From: the human T2T-CHM13v2.0 reference genome, Homo sapiens
Length of the DNA stretch: 64,000 bases
Assembly (NCBI RefSeq): GCF_009914755.1
Contig: NC_060926.1
Reading direction: 5' to 3' (one strand)
Below the pieces are notes generated by a model that saw only the letters and a program-made list of their open reading frames with translations, had not been told where the DNA came from and did no database searches. Positions 33,189-44,176 of the stretch are shown here, piece by piece; the stretch's first letter is position 1, and every line of letters starts with the position of its first letter. A program made the position numbers and the translations under genes.

Positions 33189-33607
33189 TGATTTGGTTTG
33201 GATCTGTGTCCCCACCCAAACCTCATGTGGAAATGTATTCCCCAGTGTTGGAGGTGGGGCCTGGTGGGATTAGATCATGGGGCAGATTCTCATGAATGGG
33301 TTAGCAAAATCTCCCTTGGTGCTGTGCTTCTGACAGTGAGTGGGTTCTCCTGATATCTGGTCATTTAAAACTGTGTGGCACCTCCCCACTCTCTCTCTTT
33401 CTCTTGCTCCTGCTCCTACCATGTAAGGTGTCTCGCTCACCTTCTGCCTTCCACCATGATTGGAAGTTTCCTGAGGCTTTCCTAGAAGCAGAAGCTGCCA
33501 TGCTTCCTATGTAGACTACAGAACTGTGAGCTGGTTAAGCCTCTTTTCTTTATAAATTACCCATTCTCAGGTATTTCTTTACAGCAGTGCAAGAACGGAC
33601 CAATACA
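33189..33607 (+). mobile_element. MSTA solo LTR
   Basis: TGATTTGGTTTGGATCTGTGTCCCCACCCAAA...GGACCAATACA. Confidence 0.9.
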
Positions 33608-34392
33608 CACTGTAACAGCAAACTGAAAGGTTTATAATTTTTCATAAGACAAGAATATTTTGTTTTATAAAGGCAAATATGTCTTACTAGCTTGCTGACT
33701 GTTTTATGATTTTTAAGCAAGATTTAGTATGGGCAGGAAAGGGCAAATAATAAAACGCATAAGGGCTTAAGCTATGAATTTTATAAAACCTGTTTGTTCT
33801 GAAACATATTTGTGCAAAGTCCCATTTAGAGGCTGAGATGCTGTTCTTAGCTCCACCTTACCTGTAAGCTCCTCAGGTCTCATTTTAAATGGATGAAAAA
33901 GAGAAGAGACTTGGGTGTGTTGATCCCAGTGGATGGAGTTCTAAAATTCCTGTGTATCTTCTCCTGAGGGCTCCTCAGTCTAAGGAGGGTAAGGAATAAG
34001 TTTAGAAATTGTCAATTCTAAATCAAACAGGTTTTAGAATCTTAAAACAAAAGCTGTAAGCTGTAGCCCAGGAGGAACCTTTAGATATCATATAATGGAA
34101 ACATAAATAGGATGAAGAGGTTGGAAGCCAGCATCCTGTGGGTGTCCCCTCTGACTCTGTCCTTGTCCAAGTATAGGACCTCAATCTATAACCACTACCT
34201 TCTGGGTCCTTTCTAAAAATTGACAAATAATAATCATATATAATTAATGTACAATGTTATGTTTCAATACATGTTTGCATTATGGAATAATTAAATCAAG
34301 CTACTTGGCATGTCAGTAACATCACATGCTTAGCATTTTTGTAGTGAAAATATTTAAAATCTACTCTTTTAGCAATTTTGAAATATACAATA

Positions 34393-34898
34393 CAGTACTT
34401 ACTCACTTAACATCATTGATTGGTCCTCAGAAACTGCAACTTGGAGTGAAAAGATGTATAAAGAAACCAATTTTCCCATAGGCTAATAGCTATAAATAAG
34501 AGTTAGATTCTTACAGCATATTTTTGGTCACAAAATATCACCAAACTTCTAAATAAAGACCAAAACACTTCAAATATTAAACATTGAAATAAATATGAGC
34601 TTTGCATACATTTAAGAAAGATTAATAAAAACAAGTAAGATAATTATTTGCCCAATTATTTCATTCAGGGTTGGGGAGACTGGAGTCTGTGCTGGAAGCT
34701 CAGGGCTCAAGCTGGGCAACAGCCCTGGACAGGATGCCATCCCACTGCAGGATGGCTCACACATGCCCACAGCCACTCAGCCTGGGACCATTTGGACACA
34801 GCAATTAACCTTACCTGCATGTCTTTGTGGGGAGGAAACCAGAGTGCTTAGAAAAACCCATGCAGACAGACACAGAGCAAACATGCAAACCTCACAAA
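34393..34898 (-). mobile_element. MER6A (TcMar-Tigger) with V-SINE-like segment, one end missing
   Basis: GAAACCAATTTTCCCATAGGCTAAT and GGGGAGGAAACCAGAGTGCTTAGAAAAACCCATGCAGAC match MER6A as I recall it. Confidence 0.8.
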
Positions 34899-36661
34899 GA
34901 TATTGTTTCTTCTGTCACCTGTGCTTTTGGGTCATATTCAAGAAATCATTAACCAAATAAAAGTCGTGGAGCTTTTCCCTATGTTTTCTTTTAGTAGTTT
35001 TATAGTTTCAGGTCTTACATTTAACTCCTTAATCCATTTTGATTTTTGCATATGGTGTGAGATAAGCTTCTGGTTTCATTCTCCCACATGTGGATATCCA
35101 GTTCTCTGAACACCATATATGGAAGAGACTGTCATTTCCTCATGATATGTTCCTGGCACTTTTGTTGAAATCAATTGACCATAGATCTGTGGGTTTATTT
35201 CTGGCTTTTTATTCTGTTCCATTGGCCAATGTACCTGTGTTTATGCTTGTGCCTTGCTGTTTTGATTATTATAGCTTTATAATATGTTTTGAAATCAGGT
35301 AGTGTGATGCCTCCATCTTTGCTTTTTATGCTCAAGATAGTTTGGATATTCAGAGTGTTTTATGGTTCCATATACATTTTAGGATTGTGTTTTCTATTTC
35401 TTTGAAAAATATCATTGGAATTTGATAGAGACTTCATAGAATTTTGTATATCATTTTAAGTAGTATGGTATCTAAACAACATTAACTCTTCCAATCCATG
35501 AATGCAGGATATCTTTCCATTTTTGTGTGTCATCTATAATTTCCTTTATCAATGTATATTTTTCATTGTACAGATCTTTCATCTCTTTCGTTAAATTTAC
35601 TCCTAGGTATTTTATATTTTTATACTACTGTAAATGGGATTGTTTTATTAATTTCTTTTTTGTATAGTTCATTGTTAGTGAACAAAATACTACTGATTTC
35701 TGAGTGTTGTTTTGTATCCTGCAAATTTTCTAAATTCCTTTATTAAGTCTAACAGTTTTTTTGAGTCTTTAGAGTTTTCTATATATAAGCTTATGTCATC
35801 AGCAAACAGAGACAATTTCACTTCTTCCTTTTCTATTTAGATGTGTTTTATTTCTTTTTCATAATTGTTCTTGTTAGCACTTCCAGTACTATGTTGTATA
35901 GATGTGGTGAGAGTGCACATATTTATCTTGTTCTGGATTTTAAGGGAAAACCTTTCAGCTTTTCATCATTAAGTATGATATTAGACGTGGGCTTGTCACA
36001 CGTGTTCTTTATTGTGTTGAAGTACATTCCCTTCATACCTAATTTGTTGAGAGCTTTGATGATGAAAGGATAATGAATTTTGTCAAATGTTTTTCTGCAT
36101 CTATTGCTACAATGTTATGGTTTTTGTCTTTCATTTTGTTAATATGGTGAATTAGATTTATTGATTTTGCATGTGTTGAACCATGCTTGCATCCAAGGCA
36201 TGAATCCCACTTGATCATGGTGACTGATCTTTTTAATGTGCTATTGAATTCAGGTAACTAGTATTTTGATGAAGATGTTTGCACGTATGTTCATCAAGGA
36301 TATTGGCCTGTAATTTTTGTTTCTTGTAAGGTTCTCATCTGGCTTTGGTATTAGGATAATGCTGGCCTCATAAAGGTGAGTTTGGAAGTGTTCCCTACTC
36401 TTCAATTTTTTGTGAAGAATTTAAGAAGAATTGGTATAAGTTTTTCACTATTTATTTGGTAGAATTCAGCAGTGAAGACATCTGGTCTTCAGCTTTTCTT
36501 TGATGAAAGATTTATTATTTTTGTTAATTATTATTACTGATTTGATCTCCTTACCTGTTATTAGTTTATTTAGATGATCTGTTTCCTCTTAATTCCATTG
36601 TGATAGGTTGTATGTTTCTAGGAATTTTTTTTAACATTTTTAAAAGCGTGTTTTACACTAA

Positions 36662-37723
<1,062 letters not shown>

Positions 37724-37852
37724 CTCAGGTTATCTAATCTGTTGACATATAATTGTCCAGGGCCCATTCAGCATCTACAGTGGGATGGGAACCCACCAGC
37801 ATGCTGGAGGCACAGACAGGAGAGTCCCTCTGGGTCCTTGTGTGAACAGTAG

Positions 37853-38118
37853 TAATGTGGTTAGGCTTTGTGTCTCCACCCAAATATCATCTTGAATTGT
37901 AATCTTCATGATCCCACGTGCCTAGGGAGAGACCTGGTGGGAGATGATTGGATCATGGGGGTAGTTCCCCCATGTTGTTCTCATGATAGCGAGTGAATTC
38001 TCATCAGATCTGATGGTTTTGTAAGGGGCTCTTTCCCTTTCACTCCTCACTCTTCTCTCTCCTGCTGCCATGTGAAAAAGGGCCAAGCTTGCTTCCCCTT
38101 CACCCTTCACCCTTCATT
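37853..38118 (+). mobile_element. Partial THE1D/MST-type LTR
   Basis: GGTTAGGCTTTGTGTCTCCACCCAAATATCATCTTGAATTGTAATC...; 3' part absent. Confidence 0.8.
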
Positions 38119-38943
38119 GTTGCTGTGGGGAATATGAGCAGGGGGACTTCCCATTCCACCATGTGCCGACATCACCCTTGGGTCTTTTCTTTTGTTAAGT
38201 AATTAGACCAATGATGGTTGAGGTTCCTTAGTTTTCTCAGTTCTTTTTTTAAAAAAAAAAGACTATAAAGAGTAGATGCATACTGAAGTCTAATTCATTT
38301 TAAATATGTATTTATATGATACAAATCACATGTAATAAGTGCAACTGTTTTTATTTCCATTTGCCTCCAACATGTTACAAGCCCGTGCACTGGCAGAAGT
38401 TATTTTCCTCCATTCCATTGTCAGATCAAGCTTATACTCAAGTGGTTCTTTGGTAAAATGGGAACTATGCATTTGGATAAATTATGTGTCATTGTGAATG
38501 AGGATTAAATCATTGGCTACACAGTACGAGAAAAGATTGTTCACTAAGAATTTGAAGGGAGAATATTGAGATGAAACTAAAAAAGACATAAAAACATAAG
38601 CATTCTTCCTAATGGACATCAGCAGATGCCACAGAGTGGGGCTTTCCCTCAAGTTCTCCAACAGGAAAATAACCCCTGTCCTGTGACACTCGGTAGGTCG
38701 TTATGCAGCATCACAGGTAACTTAGCATAACCATGCGATCCTGACTACTGGCTTATATAGACATTATGTAGTCTACATTTCTATTATGTAGAAATGTAGT
38801 ACATTGTATGTAGAAATGTATGTACATTTCTGTTATGTAGAAATGTCTGTTATGCAGACATTTCTCTGACATCAGGTGAAGAAAAGCATTGTTGATGGGG
38901 TGGCCATGGTGGTGGAGATGCTAGAGTTTTGTCTGTCTTTACC

Positions 38944-39522
38944 ATATCAGTTTTCTATTGCCATGTAACAAACCTGTGCAAACTTAGCAGGTAACACAAG
39001 ACTGTTTTATTATCTCACAGTCCTCATGGGTCAGGAGTCCGGCAGCTCCCGGCTGGTCCTCTGCTTGGGATCTCACCAGGCTGAAACCAAGGTGTCGGCT
39101 GGGCTGTGTTCCCATCTTCAAGGCTCACTCAGGGTTGCTGGCAGAATTCAGTCCCTTGACTTTATAGGACTCAGTTCCCCACCTTTGTCAGCCAAGGGCT
39201 GCTCTCCACCACCAGAGACCACCATGTTCATTGACATGGTCACCCTCTGCCCTCAAGCCAGCAGCAGGTAACAGGTAACCCCATAAGCCTCCAATCTATG
39301 ACTTCCTTCACTCTGACCTCTAGACCCAGACGTAAAGGGCCATGTGTTCAGGCTGTACCCCTGCATAAATCTCCCTAACTCAAGGTCAGCTGAGTTGAGA
39401 CGTTGATTGCATTTGCAGAATCCCTTCACAGAAACACCTAGTTTCTGTTGATTGAATAACTGGAGCAGATGTTTCCACCAAGGTCTGAGAACTGGGGGCT
39501 GCCTTAGAACTCTGCCTGCTCT
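38944..39522 (-). mobile_element. MLT1 (MLT1F/G-like) LTR
   Basis: TCAGTTTTCTATTGCCATGTAACAAA...TTATTATCTCACAGT..GGGTCAGGAG...CTTAGAACTCTGCCT. Confidence 0.75.
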
Positions 39523-40091
39523 AGTGTCTCAACCTCTGTTTCCCTCTGGAAAGCCCATAGCACGTCCACGCTTCTTAGAAATTCATCCTTTTAAAACAAA
39601 AGTGGCTTGGATGATGGTTGGCTGTTCTTCCACATGGTACCGTTGGACAAAGCTGGATTTGAGCCAGGCTCCTGCCCATAGCATGTGTGTTTCAGAAAAT
39701 AGAGAGTGAAGAAATACTTAAGAACAAGAGAAATGTCTGTGCTTGAAAAGTATCCACAATCATTTTGCAAGTGAGGAAGCTTCACAAGAGGCTCAGAAAA
39801 GAGGAAGAGCTGTGGTGCCTCTGGGATGTGCCCCTGGGGAAGCAGGTGGTATGAAGGAATAGTACGGGGATAGGAACTAAGAGATTTCTAATCCTGCTTC
39901 ACCCTCTTGGGGCCATGACCTAGGTAACTCATGGGGGCTCTTGTGATGGCTTCTTTGCTGGTTTAACCAAGTAGGGTGGGAGATGATATAATACTTTACT
40001 GCTTTCTAAGATAGTTTATGAAGGTAAGAAAAAATAAAACTGTACGTTTAAAGGAGGTTTGAAGCAGCAGGAGTTCAGTGATTTTTAATTG

Positions 40092-40509
40092 TGATGCGGT
40101 TTAGGTCTGGGTTTCCACCCAAATCTCATGTTGAAATATAATCCCCAGTGCTGGAGGTAGGTCCTGGTGGGAGGTGACTGGATCACGGGGCAGATTTCTC
40201 ATGAGTGGTTTAGCACCCAACCCCTCGGTACTGTTGTGATAGTGAGTGAGTTCTCATGAGAACCAGCTGTTAAAAGTGTATGGCACCTGCCCTCTTTCCT
40301 TCCAACTCCTGCTATGCCCATGTCAAGTGCTGGCTCCCCCTTTGCCTTCCGCCATGATTGTAAGTTTCCTGAGGCCTCCCCAGAGTCCCAGCAGATGTCG
40401 CCATGCTTCCTGTACAACCTGTGCCACCAGAGCCAAGGAAGCCTCTTTTCCTTATAAATTATCCAGTCTTGCGTATTTCTCTATGGCAGTGTGAGAATGG
40501 ACCAATACA
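40092..40509 (+). mobile_element. MSTA solo LTR
   Basis: TGATGCGG...GGACCAATACA with a perfect 5-bp TSD AATTG. Confidence 0.92.
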
Positions 40510-40794
40510 AATTGTTTATGGAATAAGGAATGACTGAACAGAAGGCAGGAAATTCAGATTTGAGTGATTATCCCCAAAGATGAGCAATTAAACAGCTCCA
40601 GAATCTCTGTGCCACAGAATTTCTGTGCATCACTTTGCAACTCTTTACAGGAGGAACTGCTTTTTATGCAACTCTTTACAGGAGGAACTGCTTTTTATTT
40701 ATCTGCTCACAGGAGCCCTGTCCATGCCTCTTGTTTTAGGCAGGCCTCAAATTGATTAAAAGTAATTGACTTTCTTTTTTTTTTCTAAAACATA

Positions 40795-40900
40795 GAAGGA
40801 AAGAAAGGGAAGGGAGGGGAGTGGAGGGGAGGCGAGGGGAGGGGAGGCGGAGAGGAAGAGGGAAAGGGAGGGAGTTAAGTAGTAAGGGAGGAAGAGAGAA
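40795..40900 (+). repeat. GA-rich low-complexity tract with G-runs
   Basis: Nearly pure purine with more than four GGG runs. Confidence 0.8.
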
Positions 40901-42334
40901 AACCCTTAGCTTAGGGGTCTTTTTGCCCCACATCTACCATGTTTTTTAAAAATACAATGAAATTATGTTTTGTGAGTTACAATAAAATTTCATTTGCTTT
41001 GTAGGCACTCACCTTATTTCAGAAGAAGAAGGCAGATGGGCTCTATAGTAGTCATAATGGAAACAGACCTACTACAGATAAGCAGATTTTGAAAAGTGAT
41101 ACTGCAAGTCAGAATTATACTGCTAAATACTCTAATTTGTTTTGCAAAGGAGAGTATCATGTTTAAATAGTCATACCAAAAAGAATCCTGTGGTGAGTTT
41201 TCTGGAATTCGTCCATCCCAAGAGCACAGCACTCGATGCTCTGAGCTCGCGCGTCCCGCACACAGGGCACTCCTTACCCGGGCTTCCAGGGAGACAGTGT
41301 CCTGGCAGCTGTGGGGCCTCAGGAAAGGGGGCTTGTTATGGAATGTGGGAATGTGTTGGGTGGTTCTAGGAAGGGCCAGGAGATCAGGGCTTGCCCTGCA
41401 CTGGGTGCCGTCAGAGCGTGGGCTGTGTCAGCAGTGTCTGGCTTAATTTCTATCCAGGAGCATGAGACAGGAAGTGGCAGGATCCAGGCCAGGCTTGTGG
41501 GAGCAGCAGCCCCTCCCTCAGGCCAGCAGCCCGCCAGGGACCTATGGGACCTTTGTGGTTGGACGGCATGTCGTGTGTCCCCTGCTGCTGCTCTGCCTTG
41601 TTGCCTCATGTCCCTGGAGAGCCCCGGTCTGAGGTTGATGACATGTGGGACTCTGTGTTTTTCAGAGGAACCCCACAGCCCTGCTGGCTGCTAGCAGGTG
41701 ACAGAGCTGCTGTTTCTTTCTCATTACGCCATCTTTAAATTTTCTGAAAACTTTCTTTTGACGATAGAAGATTAGGGTGTTCATGTTGACAGAAAGAGAA
41801 TAATCCCATTCCACTTAGATCTCTACAAACACCCAGTTCTCTGGCATGTGTCCTACTCTGATAAGGGCAGGGGCCACGTGTTTAAGATCTGGAGGTCCTT
41901 AAGTCTTCTCAGAAGCCAGTGCTGCCTTCAACACCCGGCAGTTCTGGTGGGGGTGTCTTCCGTGGTGCCCAGCCCTGGGCCGCCCCCTCCACGGGCACGT
42001 AGGTGAATCAGGGTGGACCCACTGCTAAGCAGATGAATGACTACCTAAGGTAGCTCTCCTGAGTTTGCTCTGATAGAGAACAAGGGCTGCTGATTTTCGG
42101 AGGCACCCTGACACCCCTCCCCATCCAACAGATGTGCGGAGCAGCTCTGAGTTGCCTTCTCTGGGTGGAACTGCATCTGCTCCTTCTTTCCTGGGAATTC
42201 AGAATCATTCTTGAGAAATCACTCTGCATCTGTGTCATTCTCCCAACTCACTTCTCTAGGCTCCGTTACGCTTTCTCTGGGGCAGTGGTCCCCACCCGCA
42301 CTGTGTGACACTGCTTCCGAGATTCCCCGGGTGC

Positions 42335-43744
42335 TCCTCTGTCTCTGAGTCTGTCTCTGCCTCTGCCTCTCTCTGTCTCTCAGAGGTCTGTCTCTGTCTC
42401 TGCCTCTCTCTGTCTCTCTGTCCCTCTCTGTCTCTGTCTCTCCCTGTCTCTGTCTCTCTGTTGCTGTCTCTGCCTCTGTCTCTGCCTCTCTCTGTGTCTC
42501 TCTGCCCCTCCCTCTGTCTCTGTCCCTCTCAGTCTCTGGTTTTGTCTCTGTCTCTCTCTGTCTCTGCCTCTGCCTCTCTCTGTCTCTGTCTCTCTGTCTC
42601 TGTCTCTCTCTGTCTCTCTCTGTCTCTTTGTCCCTCTCTGTCTCTCTCTGTCTCTGTCTCTAGCTCTGCCTCTGTTAGTCCCTCTCTGTCTCTCCCTGTC
42701 TCTGTCTGTCACTGTCTCTGCCTCTGTCTCTGCCTCTCTGTGTCTCTCTGCCCCTCCCTCTGTCTCTCTCTGTCCCTCTCAGTCTCTGGTTTTGTCTCTG
42801 TCTCTCTCTGTCTCTGCCTCTGCCTCTCTCTGTCTCTGCCTCTGCCTCTCTCTGTCTCTCTGTCTCTGTCTCTGTCTCTCTCTGTCTCTGCCTCTGTCTC
42901 TCTCTTTGTCCCTCTCTGTCTCTGTCTCTCTCTGTCTCTGTCTCTAGCTCTGCCTCTGTTAGTCCCTCTCTGTCTCTCCCTGTCTCTGTCTCTCTGTCGC
43001 TGTCTCTGCCTCTGTCTCTGTCTCTCTCCGTCTCTCTCTGTCTCTCTCTGTCTCTGTCTCTCTCTGTCTCTCTCTGTCTCTCTCTGTCTCTGCCTATCTC
43101 TGTCTCTGTCTCTCTCTGTCTCTGTCTCTCTCTGTCTCTGCCTCTCTCTGTCTCTGTCTCTCTCTGTCTCTGCCTCTGTCTCTCTCTTTGTCCCTCTCTG
43201 TCTCTGTCTCTCTCTGTCTCTGTCTCTAGCTCTGCCTCTGTTAGTCCCTCTCTGTCTCTCCCTGTCTCTGTCTCTCTGTCGCTGTCTCTGCCTCTGTCTC
43301 TGTCTCTCTCCGTCTCTCTCTGTCTCTCTCTGTCTCTGTCTCTCTCTGTCTCTCTCTGTCTCTCTCTGTCTCTGTCTCTCTCTGTCTCTGTCTCTCTCTG
43401 TCTCTGTCTCTCTCTGTCTCTCTCTGTCTCTCTCTGTCTCTCTCTGTCTCTGTCTGTGTCTCTCTCTGTCTCTGCCTCTCTCTGTCTCTGTCTGTGTCTC
43501 TCTCTGTCTCTGTCTCTCTCTGTCTCTGTCTCTCTCTGTCTCTCTCTGTCTCTCTCTGTCTCTGTCTCTCTCTGTCTCTGTCTCTCTCTGTCTCTGCCTA
43601 TCTTTGTCTCTCTCTGTCTCTCTCTGTCTCTGCCTCTCTCTGTCTCTGTCTCTCTGTCTCTGCCTCTCTCTGTCTCTGTCTGTGTCTCTCTCTGTCTCTG
43701 TCTCTCTCTCTCTGTCTCTGTTTCTGTCTCTGTCTCTATCTCTG

Positions 43745-43775
<31 letters not shown>

Positions 43776-43792
43776 GTCTCTCTCTGTCTCTG

Positions 43793-43823
<31 letters not shown>

Positions 43824-43905
43824 GTCTCTGTCTCTCTCTGTCTCTCTGTCTCTCTCTGTCTCTGTCTCTGCCTATCTCTGTCTTTGTCTCTCTTTTTCTC
43901 CCTCT
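42335..43905. repeat. ~1.6 kb (TCTCTG)/(TC)n pyrimidine-rich simple repeat with ~282-bp block duplications
   Basis: Direct reading. The landmark TAGCTCTGCCTCTGTTAGTCCC recurs at 42661, 42945 and 43227. Confidence 0.97.
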
Positions 43906-44176
43906 GCAGCCTCTCAGTCGAGGATCTTTTCTTTTCACCTCTGAGGATTATTCGTTTTTTTTCATTTTGACTGTAAGGGATTAGCGCCCTGTCTATGAAA
44001 AGATGCTGCAAAGTCTCCGCTTTTGGACATTAAGATCTTTTCTTCGTATCCAAGCAAGATAAATTCGTAACAAGTTGTCTGCTTTAAACATTAATTTGAT
44101 TTTTCTTTCCTTTGTGTGTGGAGATTTCATAGGCTATCAGAGTTTGTGATGAAAATGAACAGGAGGGGCTTCTTAA

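Noticed and set aside
42305-44011. ORFs of 559 aa (Leu/Ser/Cys/Val) and 409 aa (Arg/Glu/Gln/Asp)
   Set aside because: Translations of a TC/TG simple repeat that rarely forms stop codons. Non-ATG starts and no domain.
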